DNA of 64,000 nt from Acidimicrobiales bacterium (GCA_041394245.1 JAWKIR010000002.1:2756305-2820304), one strand, 5' to 3'; positions 34,033 through 47,980 are shown, counted from the stretch's first letter. The notes: generated by a model not told the origin, from the sequence alone. A program made the numbers and translations.

Positions 34033-35806
34033 GCCCGGGTCCGTACCCGCCCCGTCCCCCGGGGTCACGCCGCCGCTCACCCCGATGTCGTTGTCGACCC
34101 TGATGGGTCGGGTCGACCACGAGTGGCGAACCCGCAGCAAGATCTTCGACCTGCCCAACGCCCGGATCTGGAGGCCCGACGACCACATCGACCTGTCGTT
34201 CGATTTCCTCGGGCGGCGCTGTGCGTCGCCGATCGGTCCGGCGGCCGGACCCCACAGCCAGATGGCGCAGAACATCGTCCTCGCCTGGCTCGGCGGAGGC
34301 CGTCTGTTCGAGTTGAAGACCGTTCAGATCCTCGATGATCTCGAGATCGGTCGACCGTGCATCGACATGGAGACCATCGGCTACAACATCGAGTGGAGCC
34401 AGGAACTGACGGTGCCCCAGAGCCTCGCCGAATACGTCAAGGCGTGGATGGCGCTCGAGGTCCTACGGCACTGGGAGCCGCTACGGGAGTTCGTCGGCGA
34501 CCCCGGCCCCCACGTGTTCGACATGTCGGTCGGCTACGACCTGGCCGGGATCCGAAGCGACAAGGTCGCGTCGTTCATCCGCGGCATGCACGACGCCACG
34601 GCGTCGATCGACGCGCTGCGTTCGGAGCTGACCGGCCCGTTCGCAGAGTTCGCCGACCTCGAGTTCCCGCCCGTCATCAGCGACACGCTCACCCTCTCGA
34701 CCTTCCACGGCTGCCCGCCCGAGGAGATCGAGTCGATCACCAAGCACCTCATCGACGAGCACGAGCTCGACGTCATCGTGAAGCTCAACCCGACCCTGCT
34801 CGGCTACGAGACCGTCGCCGGGATCGTCAACGACGAACTCGGCTATGTCGACGTTCCCGTGAAGGAAGCGGCCTTCGCCGCAGACCTCCAGTTCGACCGC
34901 GGCATCGAACTGATCGGCGAGCTCAACCAGTACGCCAAGGATCGTGGCCGCGTCTTCGGCATCAAGCTGACCAACACCCTCGTGGTCGACAACCAGCGTG
35001 GGTTCATGCCCGACGAGACGATGTATCTCTCGGGTCCGCCCCTGCACGTCCTGGCCGTCACGCTGCTCGACCGGCTGGCCACGGCGCTGCCCGGCACGCT
35101 CATGATTCCCGGTCACGAGGGCGACGTGATGGTGTCGTTCTCCGCCGGCATCACGAAGGACAACCTGGCCGACGCGCTGGCCGCCGGGGTCAATCCCGCG
35201 ACCGTGTGCTCCGACCTCCTCAAGCCGGGTGGCTACGGCCGCATGGCGCCCATGCTGCGCGGCCTGGCCAAGGACATCGCCGCAGCGGGGGCGAACGACC
35301 TCGCCTCGTACCGCGCGCGGCGCCAGGCCGACGCCGAGGTCGGCGGCCATTCGTCGGTCGCCGCCGCCTACGCCGCGTCGTTGCACGGTCCCGGCGGCGA
35401 GCCCTACCGGCTCGCGGCCAACGAGAAGCTGCCCCGTTCGGTCGATCACGAGCTCGAGATGTTCGGGTGCGTCGCGTGCAACTTCTGCATCACCGTCTGC
35501 CCCAACGACGCCTTCTTCAGCATCAAGAGTCTCGAAGGGATGTCCGACCGCCAGCAGTATCTGGTCCTCGCCGAACTGTGCAACGAGTGTGGGAACTGCA
35601 TGGTGTTCTGCCCCGAAGACGGCGACCCGGCGCAGATCAAGCCCAAGCTCTTCACCGACCCGGAGCTCTTCGCCGCACGCGAAGGGCAGGGATTCCTCGT
35701 CGCCGCGTCCGGCGTGGTCGACGCCCGAGCCGACGACGACACCGTCTCACTCGTGCAACGCCTTCTCGCCAGTGAGCAGGGCCTACCTCTCCAGGAGATC
35801 ACATGA
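34025..35806 (+). CDS. YgfK-like Fe-S oxidoreductase: DPD/DHODH-like TIM barrel plus C-terminal 2x[4Fe-4S], lacking the GltD-like NAD(P)H/FAD module
   Basis: Blocks PIGPAAGPHSQMAQNIV, GGRLFELKTVQILD, TLSTFHGCPPEEIE, KLNPTLLGY, IKLTNTL and DLLKPGGYGR, then CVACNFCITVCPND and CNECGNCMVFCPEDG. These match E. coli YgfK as I recall it. GTG at 34025 (GTGACTGA overlap); an alternative ATG lies at 34085. Confidence 0.75.
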   Translation: MTEPGSVPAPSPGVTPPLTPMSLSTLMGRVDHEWRTRSKIFDLPNARIWRPDDHIDLSFDFLGRRCASPIGPAAGPHSQMAQNIVLAWLGGGRLFELKTVQILDDLEIGRPCIDMETIGYNIEWSQELTVPQSLAEYVKAWMALEVLRHWEPLREFVGDPGPHVFDMSVGYDLAGIRSDKVASFIRGMHDATASIDALRSELTGPFAEFADLEFPPVISDTLTLSTFHGCPPEEIESITKHLIDEHELDVIVKLNPTLLGYETVAGIVNDELGYVDVPVKEAAFAADLQFDRGIELIGELNQYAKDRGRVFGIKLTNTLVVDNQRGFMPDETMYLSGPPLHVLAVTLLDRLATALPGTLMIPGHEGDVMVSFSAGITKDNLADALAAGVNPATVCSDLLKPGGYGRMAPMLRGLAKDIAAAGANDLASYRARRQADAEVGGHSSVAAAYAASLHGPGGEPYRLAANEKLPRSVDHELEMFGCVACNFCITVCPNDAFFSIKSLEGMSDRQQYLVLAELCNECGNCMVFCPEDGDPAQIKPKLFTDPELFAAREGQGFLVAASGVVDARADDDTVSLVQRLLASEQGLPLQEIT

Positions 35807-36852
35807 CCGACCACGACCGCGCCTGGAACGGACCGCTCGAAGAGACCGAGGGGCGCAACCTCCGTCTGGCCGCCGCCCAGATGGGGCCGATCGGGCGTCA
35901 TGAACCACGCGCCCACGTCGTCGATCGACTGGTGGCGCTCGTGCAGCAGGCGGCCACCGCCGGCGTCGAACTGGTCGTCTTCCCCGAGCTCGCGCTCACG
36001 ACGTTCTTTCCCCGCTGGTTCGTCGAGGACGAGCCCGACCTCGACCTCGACAGCTTCTACGAGACCGAGATGCCCGGCCCCGAGACCCAACGGCTCTTCG
36101 ATGTGGCCAAGTACCACGGGGTCGGGTTCTGTCTCGGCTATGCGGAACTCACGCCCGACGGCCATCGCTACAACACGCAGATCCTCGTGGAGCGCGACGG
36201 TGTGGTCGTGGGCAAGTACCGCAAGGTGCACCTTCCCGGTCATCGCGAGCACGAGCCGTGGCGTGGCTTCCAACACCTCGAGCGGCGCTACTTCGAACCC
36301 GGCGACGAGTTCCCCACGTGGCACGCGTTCGGCGGCGTCGTCGGGATGGCCATCTGCAACGACCGCCGCTGGCCGGAGACCTACCGATGCCTGGCGCTCG
36401 GCGGTGCCGAGCTGATCCTCATCGGGTACAACACGCCGATGCACTACGAGCCGGATCCGAGTCAGGATGCGCTCCAGTCGTTCCACAGCCATCTGGTGAT
36501 GCAGGCCGGGGCCTATCAGAACGGGTGCTTCGTGGTCGGCGTCGCCAAGGGGGGCAACGAAGAGGGCGTCGAGTCGCTGGCCGACAGCTGCGTGATCGCC
36601 CCGACCGGGCGGGTGATCGCACTGACGGCCCACACGGGCGACGAACTCGCCATCGCCGACATCGATCTCGACCTGTGCCGTAACTACAAGGAAACGCTCT
36701 TCCAGTTCGAGCGCTACCGGCGCCCCGAGGTCTACGGCGCGATCACCGCACAGGCCGGTCCGATCGCACCGACCGTGCCCGACCACCTCCTGGCCGATCT
36801 CTCCCTGGCCGATCTCTCCCTCTCCGATGCCGATGACGAGGATTCCCCATGA
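35803..36852 (+). CDS. nitrilase-superfamily N-carbamoyl-D-amino-acid hydrolase-like amidase with acidic C-terminal tail
   Basis: ATGA overlap. Catalytic triad blocks FPELAL (Glu), YRKVHL (Lys) and MAICNDRRWPE (Cys). Tail ...ADLSLADLSLSDADDEDSP. Confidence 0.85.
   Translation: MTDHDRAWNGPLEETEGRNLRLAAAQMGPIGRHEPRAHVVDRLVALVQQAATAGVELVVFPELALTTFFPRWFVEDEPDLDLDSFYETEMPGPETQRLFDVAKYHGVGFCLGYAELTPDGHRYNTQILVERDGVVVGKYRKVHLPGHREHEPWRGFQHLERRYFEPGDEFPTWHAFGGVVGMAICNDRRWPETYRCLALGGAELILIGYNTPMHYEPDPSQDALQSFHSHLVMQAGAYQNGCFVVGVAKGGNEEGVESLADSCVIAPTGRVIALTAHTGDELAIADIDLDLCRNYKETLFQFERYRRPEVYGAITAQAGPIAPTVPDHLLADLSLADLSLSDADDEDSP
36790..36819. repeat. 15-bp perfect tandem duplication (CTGGCCGATCTCTCC x2) encoding ADLSL-ADLSL
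   Basis: Read directly from the sequence. It lies in the 3' tail of the carbamoylase gene, 30 nt before the next gene's ATG. Confidence 0.9.
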
Positions 36853-39500
36853 CCAAGTTCGTTCTCAACGGAGCTGAGGTCGAGGCCTCGGCAGGCCACG
36901 AACACCTCCTCGCAGCCTTGCGCGACGAGCTCGGTGTGATGTCGCCGAAGGACGGATGCTCGCCGTCGGGCCAGTGCGGCTGCTGCACGGTCCTCGTCGA
37001 CGGCAAGGCGCGGGTGGCGTGCCAGACCTCGATGGACAAGACCGACGGGGCCGAGGTCGTCACCCTCGAGGGCGTCGATTCCGACGAGCGTGACCGGATG
37101 GCGGCGGCCTTCGCCGCCCACGGCGCCCTCCAGTGCGGCTTCTGCACGCCGGGCATCATCATGCGGACCAAGTCCATGCTCGACAAGAAGGGCAGTGAGC
37201 TGACCCGTGAGGGTGCGGCCCGGCTGCTGGGGGCCAACCTCTGTCGTTGTACCGGCTACACGAAGATCCTCGATGCCGTCGAGGCATTGGCCGCCGACGA
37301 GGTCGCCGTTGCCCTCGCCCCCAAGGGAGTGGGTTCTCGCGGCGTGAAATACGAGGCCGCCGAGCTCTCGATGGGCGACCGGCCCTTCATCGACGACATG
37401 GTGCCCGAGGGACTCCTGCACGGCGCAGTCCGATTGGCCGATCACGCCCGGGCCGACGTCGTTGCGATCGACACGAGTGCCGCGGAGGCGGTGCCGGGCG
37501 TCGAGGCCGTGTTCACGGGCGCCGATGTCCCCGGGGAACTCCGCTCGGGTCTGATCCACAAGGACTGGCCGACCTTCATCCCCGTGGGTGGACGCACCAG
37601 CTATCTCGGCGACGTGCTCGCCGTGGTGGTCGCCGTTGACCGCCCCACCGCACGCCGCGCCGCGACCCTGATCGACGTCACCTACGACGTGCTGCCGCCG
37701 ATCGTCAACCCGATCGAGGCGATCGCTCCCGGCGCCGACGACGCCGTCTGGCAGCTCGACGGCAACATCCTCTCGACCTCGACCTATCGACGCGGTGATG
37801 CGGCGGCGGCCCTCGCCGACTCGGTCCATGTCGTGCGCGAGACCTTCCAGACCCAGCGCATCGACCATGCGTTCCTCGAGCCGGAGTCGACCCTCGCCGT
37901 TCCGGTGCCGGCGGGGCAACCGCTGCCGCTCACCGCGGGCGGCACCAACGGTGAGCCCGTCGACTTCGATCGGCTCATGGTCTATTCGGGGGGTCAGGGC
38001 ATCTGGGACGATCGCAACGACATCGCCCGCATGCTCGACGTCGACACCGCAGTCGTGGTGACCGAACTCGTGAGCAACGGCGGCGCCTTCGGCGGCAAGG
38101 AGGACATGTCGAACCAGGGTCAGACCGCGCTCGCAGCATGGCTCCTGCAACGACCGGTGAAGATCACGTTCTCCCGCGAGGAGTCGTTCCTCGTCCACAC
38201 CAAGCGCCACCCGATCCGAATGCAGTACCAAGCCGGCTGTGATGCCGACGGGAAGCTGACCGGGCTGCACATCCGCATGGTGGGCGACTCCGGCCCCTAC
38301 GCATCGGTCGGCATGAAGGTGCTCGAGCGGGCGGCAGGTCACGCCTCGGGCCCCTACGTCGTGCCCAACATCGACTGTGAGGCGATCGCCGCCCGCACCA
38401 ACAACTCGGTGTGTGGCGCGTTCCGCGGCTTCGGTGCCAATCAGGCCCAGTTCGCCATGGAGGGAGTGATGGACCGCCTCGCGGAGATGGTCGGCATCAC
38501 GGGTTGGGAGATGCGCAACCGCAACGTCGTCTCGCCCGGCGTCGTGTGGGGTCCGGGCCAGATCATGGATGACGGCTGTCTCGGCGCCCAGGCGTGCCTC
38601 GATGCGGTGAAGGAGCCCTACGAGTCGGCCCTCGCGGCGGGCAAGGCGGTGGGCCTCGGTCTCGGCTTGAAGAACTCCGGCCTCGGCAACGGGTTCAAGG
38701 AGATCGCCAAGGCGGTCGTCCATTTCCGCCCCGACGGCAAGGTCGAGGTCCGCCACTGCTGGACCGAGATGGGCCAGGGCGTCCACACGGTCGCCCAGCA
38801 GGTGGCCGTCGAGGAACTCGGCGTGAGCGCCGACGACGTGGTCGTCATCGTCGACTCGACTCGTGAACTCGGCGCCGGCCAGACCACCGGCAGTCGAGGC
38901 ACGCTGATGGGTGCCGGCTCGGTCGCCGACGCCTGCCGTGTGGCGATGGCCGACGGCTGCAGGGTCGGGGTCGACTACGAGGGCGAGTACCGCGTCGACT
39001 GGACCAACTCCCTCAACGAAGGGCTCGAGCATCCGGTCATCCATTCCACGTTCGGCTATGCCGCGCAGATGGTCATCATGGATCCCGAGACGGGCGAGAT
39101 CGAAAAGGTCGTCGCCGCCCACGACGTCGGTCGGGCCGTCAACCCGATGTTGTGCGAGGGCCAGATCGAGGGCGCCGTCCACATGGGTCTCGGCTACGCA
39201 CTCAGCGAGGGATTCCCGTGCGACGACGACGGACGTCCGACCAACACCACACTGCGCGCACTCGACATCATCCGACCCAAGGACATGCCCGATGTCGACG
39301 TGATCCTCGTCGAGTCACCCCAGCCCAACGCGCCCTACGGGATCAAGGGCGTGGGTGAGATCGGGCTCGTCCCGACCGCCGGCGCCGTTGCCGCGGCGAT
39401 GCACGCGCACGACGGAGAGTGGCGCACCGAACTGCCGCTGATCAACGACGCCAATCGTGAGAACGCAGCTTCGTGGACCGGGTCCTGGGTCGGCTCGTGA
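36849..39500 (+). CDS. molybdopterin hydroxylase with fused N-terminal 2x[2Fe-2S] domains (XdhD architecture; no FAD domain)
   Basis: 883 aa. Fe-S blocks CSPSGQCGCCTV, CGFCTPG and CRCTGY. Moco blocks GGAFGGKED, FRGFGANQ and CEGQIEGA. ATGA overlap with the upstream gene. Confidence 0.85.
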   Translation: MTKFVLNGAEVEASAGHEHLLAALRDELGVMSPKDGCSPSGQCGCCTVLVDGKARVACQTSMDKTDGAEVVTLEGVDSDERDRMAAAFAAHGALQCGFCTPGIIMRTKSMLDKKGSELTREGAARLLGANLCRCTGYTKILDAVEALAADEVAVALAPKGVGSRGVKYEAAELSMGDRPFIDDMVPEGLLHGAVRLADHARADVVAIDTSAAEAVPGVEAVFTGADVPGELRSGLIHKDWPTFIPVGGRTSYLGDVLAVVVAVDRPTARRAATLIDVTYDVLPPIVNPIEAIAPGADDAVWQLDGNILSTSTYRRGDAAAALADSVHVVRETFQTQRIDHAFLEPESTLAVPVPAGQPLPLTAGGTNGEPVDFDRLMVYSGGQGIWDDRNDIARMLDVDTAVVVTELVSNGGAFGGKEDMSNQGQTALAAWLLQRPVKITFSREESFLVHTKRHPIRMQYQAGCDADGKLTGLHIRMVGDSGPYASVGMKVLERAAGHASGPYVVPNIDCEAIAARTNNSVCGAFRGFGANQAQFAMEGVMDRLAEMVGITGWEMRNRNVVSPGVVWGPGQIMDDGCLGAQACLDAVKEPYESALAAGKAVGLGLGLKNSGLGNGFKEIAKAVVHFRPDGKVEVRHCWTEMGQGVHTVAQQVAVEELGVSADDVVVIVDSTRELGAGQTTGSRGTLMGAGSVADACRVAMADGCRVGVDYEGEYRVDWTNSLNEGLEHPVIHSTFGYAAQMVIMDPETGEIEKVVAAHDVGRAVNPMLCEGQIEGAVHMGLGYALSEGFPCDDDGRPTNTTLRALDIIRPKDMPDVDVILVESPQPNAPYGIKGVGEIGLVPTAGAVAAAMHAHDGEWRTELPLINDANRENAASWTGSWVGS

Positions 39501-40524
39501 ATCCGGACCAGACCGCCGGCCTCGTCTGCGCCCACCATCACCTCTACTCCGCACTGGCGAGGGGGATGCCGGCGCCGCCCCGCACACCCACGAAGTTCGC
39601 GGAGATCCTCGAGCTCGTCTGGTGGCGGCTCGACCGCGCCCTCGATGCCGACACCATCGAGTGGTCGGCCAAGCTCGCCGCCCTGGAAGCCCTCGAACGG
39701 GGCTGCACCTCGATCGTCGATCACCACGAGTCGCCCAACGCGATCGACGGGTCGCTCTCCATCATCGCCGACGCATGTGCCGAGGTCGGCGTACGCGTCA
39801 ACTGCGCCTACGGGGTGACCGACCGTCACGGGCCTGAAGGTGCGGCCGCCGGTCTGGCCGAGAACGATCGCTTCCTGTCGGAGGGAGGCCGGGGCATGGT
39901 GGGGCTCCATGCGGCCTTCACCTGCGATGACGAGACGATCGCGGCGGCCGCCGAGCTCGCGTCCCGTCACGGCGTGGGGGTCCATGTGCACGTCGCCGAG
40001 GGCGAAGACGACACGTGGGCGCGCCTCGTCGGTCACACCGCCGACGACTGGTGGCTCGTCCATGGCGTGCACCTGCCCGACGACCACGGTCTGCACGGGA
40101 CCATCATCCACAACCCGCGGTCCAACATGAACAACGCGGTCGGCTACGCCCGGCCGCAACGGTTCTCGAACCCGGTCGGTCTGGGCACCGACGGCATCGG
40201 CGCCGACATGCTCGACGAGTTCCGCGTCGCCTTCGTCAGAGCTAGGGAGCACGACGTCACCACCACGCCCGACGACACGTGGGCATGGCTCGACCGCGGC
40301 TACGAACTCTTCCCCGAGGCCCGCGACGACCGGGTCACCTGGGACTACCGACCGATGGATCCGTGGCGGCTGGCCTACAGCCCCGGGGTCTCGCCGATCA
40401 CCGTCGAGATCGACGGCGAGGTCGTCCTGGCCGACGGCGTGGCCACCCGGGTCGACGCCGACGAGATCCGCCACAAGGCAGCCGACGCTGCGCAACGACT
40501 CTTTCGCACACTGGAGAACATCAC

Positions 40525-40528
<4 letters not shown>
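39473..40528 (+). CDS. SsnA-family amidohydrolase, N-terminally shortened
   Basis: GLVCAHHHLYSALARG, LVWWRLDRALD, GCTSIVDHHESP...GSLS, HVHVAEG, HNPRSNMNNAVGY and GLGTDGIGADM are collinear with E. coli SsnA as I recall it. GTG start; an in-frame TGA at 39458-39460 prevents any longer N-terminus. It overlaps the upstream gene by 28 nt. Confidence 0.8.
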
Positions 40529-42051
<1,523 letters not shown>

Positions 42052-42060
42052 CCATCGGAG

Positions 42061-43152
42061 ATGTCGGGAAACCCTTTCGTCCGCTACCGGAAACGGCTCG
42101 ACAGCTACGCCTCGGCGCGTGCAGGAGGGCTGAGTGACGAGCAGTACGTCGACATCGTCGAAGGGCTCGACGCCGCGGTCGCCGAGGTCGACGGACAGGG
42201 CTTCCAGGTGACGCCGACGCACGCCATGCCCGATCTCGCGGCGGCGGCCGGTCTGGCCGAGGGCGTGGAGCTGTTCGTGAAGGTCGAGGTCGACAACGTC
42301 GGCGGCTCGCACAAGGCCCGCCACCTCATGGGTGTGGCGATCCAGATGCTGGTCGACGAGGCCCTCGGTGCCGCTCCCGGCGGCCCCCTTGCGATCGCCA
42401 GCTGCGGCAACGCCGCACTCGGTGCCTCGGTCATCGCCCGTGCACTCGACCGTCCGCTCCAGGTGTTCGTTCCGACCTGGGCCGATCCGCCGGTGATCGA
42501 CCGCCTGACCGCCCTGGGTGCCGATCTGCGGGTGTGCTCCCGTCAGCCCGACGAGGCGGGTGACCCCTGCTATCTGCGCTTCGGGGAGGCGGTCCTGGCC
42601 GGCGCTCGGCCGTTCAGTGTCCAGGGCGTCGACACCCCCACGACCTTCGATGGTGGCCGCACACTCGGCTGGGAACTCGCCGACCAGGTGGAAGGGCTCG
42701 AGGCTCTCTATGTGCAGGTCGGCGGCGGTGCCCTGGCGACGGCGACGTCGCTCGGGGTCGGTCCGGTGCCCCTGTTCCCGGTCCAGGCCGAGGGCTGCGC
42801 TCCGTTGCGGCGGGCATGGGATCTGCTCGCTCCCGAGTTCGATCTCGATGCGGCGGCGGCGAACCCGGCGGACTTCATGTGGCCGTGGGAGGACGAACCG
42901 TCGAGTGCCGCGTCCGGCATCCTCGACGATGTCACCTACGACTGGCTCCCGCTGATCGCCCGAACCCGTGCAACCGGCGGCGAACCGATCGTCGCGTCGG
43001 AGACCACGATCGTGCGGGCCCACGCGCTCGCCCGGGCCACCGGGATCGCCGTCTCGGCCACCGGGTCGGCGGGTCTCGCCGGTCCCCTCACGTCGCCGCC
43101 GGAACCGGGCCGCCGTATCGCTGTCCTGTTCACCGGCGTCGAGAGAGAATAG
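42061..43152 (+). CDS. fold-type-II PLP-dependent enzyme (threonine synthase/dehydratase-like)
   Basis: 363 aa with PLP-lysine block VDNVGGSHKARH, an ASCGNAALG block and GGAG 7 nt upstream of the ATG. Confidence 0.65.
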   Translation: MSGNPFVRYRKRLDSYASARAGGLSDEQYVDIVEGLDAAVAEVDGQGFQVTPTHAMPDLAAAAGLAEGVELFVKVEVDNVGGSHKARHLMGVAIQMLVDEALGAAPGGPLAIASCGNAALGASVIARALDRPLQVFVPTWADPPVIDRLTALGADLRVCSRQPDEAGDPCYLRFGEAVLAGARPFSVQGVDTPTTFDGGRTLGWELADQVEGLEALYVQVGGGALATATSLGVGPVPLFPVQAEGCAPLRRAWDLLAPEFDLDAAAANPADFMWPWEDEPSSAASGILDDVTYDWLPLIARTRATGGEPIVASETTIVRAHALARATGIAVSATGSAGLAGPLTSPPEPGRRIAVLFTGVERE

Positions 43153-43157
43153 GCGTC

Positions 43158-44641
43158 ATGGAAACCGTCACCGGCGAGCTCCACCACGTCCAACGGCCGT
43201 CGACCCGGGTCGATCGCGTCGTGCGGCCCGACAGCTGGCGGGCCGCCCTGGCTGCGCTCGCCGAGTTCCCCGGTTCCCGCCCGCTGTCGGGAGGCACCGA
43301 TCTGCTCCTCGACCTCGCCCGGTCCTCCGGCGAACCGGTGACGCTCGTCGACCTCTCCGCGATCGGCGGCGCCGCCGACATCGTCGACGACGGCGATGCG
43401 TTCGTGCTCGGGGCCGGCGTCACCCACAACCAGATCGTCGCCGATCCGCGGCTCAGGGAGCATTGTCTCCCGCTGGCGCAGGCCTGTCTCGAGATCGGAT
43501 CCCCGCAGCTTCGCAATCGGGCGACCGTCGCCGGCAATGTCGCGACGGCGAGCCCGGCCAACGACTCGATCAGCGCGCTCATGGCGCTCGGCGCCCGTGT
43601 CGTGCTGACCCGTCTCGTTCGTGATGGAGCCGGTGTCACCGAGGTCTCCCGCGACGTTGCCATCGCAGGGTTCTTCACGGGCTTTCGTGCGACGGTGAGG
43701 CGCCATGACGAGCTGATCACCGCGATCCGCGTCCCGAAGCTCTCGGCCGACGAGCGCGCCATCTGGGTCAAGGTCGGATTGCGTCGCGCCCAGGCCATCT
43801 CGGTCGTCCACGCGGCGATGGTGATCCGCCTGCACGACGGTCGGGTGGCCGATGCCCGGCTCGCCCTCGGTTCCGTCGCCCCGACGGTGATCATGAGCCA
43901 TGTGTTCCCGGCGGCACTGCTCGACAAGCGCCTGGACGGACCGACCATCACCGCGGCGGCTGCTGCAGTTGCCGCGTCGATCGTCCCGATCGACGACGTG
44001 CGGGCGACCGCGAGCTACCGCACGGCGGTCACCGAGGCGGTTCTGCGGCGGGCGTTGCAGACGCTCGCCGAGGATCGTGGAGCCGAGGCATGGCCGCCGG
44101 ATCCGCCGGTGCTCGGCGTGCGCACCCCTTCGTCGATGCCGTCGTCACCGATCGTCGCCGACGACACCGTGATCTCGTTGACCGTCAACGGCGATGTCGT
44201 ACACGGGTCGACCGCGGCGTCCACCACATTGCTCGACTGGCTTCGCGACCATTCGTCCACGCCGTGTTCGGGGGTGAAGGAGGGATGCGCCGAAGGGGAG
44301 TGCGGGGCATGCACCGTTCGTCTCGACGGTGCTGCGGTGATGGGGTGCCTCGTCGCCGCCGCGCAGGCCGACGGGGCCGTGGTGACGACGGTCGAGGGTC
44401 TCGCCGCGACCGAACCCGACGGATCGGCCTCGCTGCATCCGCTCCAAACGTCGTTCGTCGACGAGTTCGCCGTCCAGTGTGGGTTCTGCATCCCCGGGTT
44501 CCTGGTCGCCGGTGCCGCGCTCCTCGAGGAGTGTCCGGCGCCGACCGATCAGCAGATCGAGCTGGGGTTGGCCGGCAACCTCTGCCGCTGCACCGGCTAC
44601 TACCCGATCACCCAGGCGGTCCGAGCGGCAGGGAGCACGCG

Positions 44642-44645
<4 letters not shown>
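43158..44645 (+). CDS. fused FAD-binding (CoxM/YgfM-like) and 2x[2Fe-2S] (CoxS-like) subunit of a molybdenum hydroxylase
   Basis: ATG at 43158 (METVTGELHH...). FAD block LSGGTDLLLDL and ATVAGNV. C-terminal CAEGECGACTV, CGFCIPG and CRCTGY. Confidence 0.85.
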
Positions 44646-46922
<2,277 letters not shown>

Positions 46923-46924
<2 letters not shown>

Positions 46925-46950
46925 GTCGACACAGATCCGGCGGGGAGGGG
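46923..46950. repeat. left copy of an imperfect direct repeat flanking the DUF559 gene (AAGTCGACACAGATCCGGCGGGGAGGGG)
   Basis: It starts within the TAA stop of the Moco subunit gene. It shares AAGTCGACAC with 47931-47940 and GTYGACACAGATC plus a G-rich tail with 47952-47979. Confidence 0.6.
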
Positions 46951-46991
46951 TGCGACGGCGGGGTGTCACACCCGTTTGATGGACTCAGGGC

Positions 46992-47957
46992 ATGCGAGAC
47001 CTCACGAGGCTCGTTCGGACGGCCACGAGTCAACACGGCCTCCTCTCCACCGCACAGATCCGCGCTGCGGGAGTGTCGGAGCCGGCCCAGACCCGGCTCG
47101 TGGTCTCTGGCGTGTTGGCGCCCGTCCGACGCGGCGTGCTGCGCATCGCCGGGTCGACGGCGTCGTGGGAGCAGGAACTCATGGCGGTGACCATGGCGCC
47201 TGGGCCGCAACGCGTCGCGAGTCATCGCAGCGCGCTTCGCCTCTGGGGGCTCCGGAGTCGCGACGACGTGCTCGAAGTGTCCGTCCGGCGGCCGGCGACG
47301 GGTGCGCTGAGGGGCGCCGTGGTCCACCGGAGTGTCGACCTCGATCCCGACGACATCACCGAGTGCGACGGCATCGCCGTGACGACAGTCGCCCGAACCC
47401 TCTGCGATGCCGGGCTGATCTTTCCGGCTACGGAAGTGCAGCGCCTCGTCGATCATGCAGTGGCGACGAAGATGGTGGCTGCAGCGGAGCTCCGCTGGCT
47501 GCGCCGGCGCGTCGGCGAGCACGGCCGAAACGGCGTCGTGAAGCTCGAGTCCGCGATTGACGGATTACCGGGGAATGCTCACTTCACCGACTCGGGGCCC
47601 GAGATTGCCCTGCTTCGTGTGATCGAAGCGGCGGGGCTGCCGGCGCCGGTCCTGCAGCACCCGGTGCCGGTGTCGGGTGGGCGTCGGTTCATCGACGTGG
47701 CCTACCCGTCCTTGCGGCTGGCGCTCGAGTACGACGGGGTCGACGAACACACGCGTATCGATCGATTCGTCGACGACCGGGTTCGACAGAACGATCTGAC
47801 GCTTCGGGGTTGGACCGTTCTGCGCTACACCCACGTGCAGCTGCGCGACCGTCCGTGGGAGGTCGTCGCACAGATCCGCCGCCTGATCGCCCAGCGATCT
47901 GCGCTGGAAATGCCCTCGGCGGGCATGGGGCAAGTCGACACGAATGGGGGTGGTTGA
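46992..47957 (+). CDS. DUF559 / Vsr-like endonuclease-domain protein with AbiEi-like N-terminal wHTH
   Basis: 321 aa. N-terminal GLLSTAQIRAAGVS...RLVVSGVL...RGVLRI. The C-terminal block FIDVAYPSLRLALEYDG..H......D..R.N.L...GW.VLRYT is typical of actinobacterial DUF559 proteins. Confidence 0.75.
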   Translation: MRDLTRLVRTATSQHGLLSTAQIRAAGVSEPAQTRLVVSGVLAPVRRGVLRIAGSTASWEQELMAVTMAPGPQRVASHRSALRLWGLRSRDDVLEVSVRRPATGALRGAVVHRSVDLDPDDITECDGIAVTTVARTLCDAGLIFPATEVQRLVDHAVATKMVAAAELRWLRRRVGEHGRNGVVKLESAIDGLPGNAHFTDSGPEIALLRVIEAAGLPAPVLQHPVPVSGGRRFIDVAYPSLRLALEYDGVDEHTRIDRFVDDRVRQNDLTLRGWTVLRYTHVQLRDRPWEVVAQIRRLIAQRSALEMPSAGMGQVDTNGGG

Positions 47958-47979
47958 CACAGATCGCCGGGTGGTGGGG
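47931..47979. repeat. right copies of the DUF559-flanking repeat (AAGTCGACAC...GTTGACACAGATCGCCGGGTGGTGGGGG)
   Basis: Read directly from the sequence. It spans the DUF559 stop codon (47955-47957) and ends 1 nt before the stop of the convergent acyl-CoA synthetase gene. Confidence 0.6.
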
Positions 47980-47980
47980 G

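Noticed and set aside
46992-47957. The DUF559 / AbiEi-N protein considered as part of an AbiE-type toxin-antitoxin or abortive-infection defence system.
   Set aside because: There is no AbiEii nucleotidyltransferase or any other partner gene. It is a single gene squeezed between convergent metabolic genes, and this architecture is common as a solitary gene in actinobacteria.
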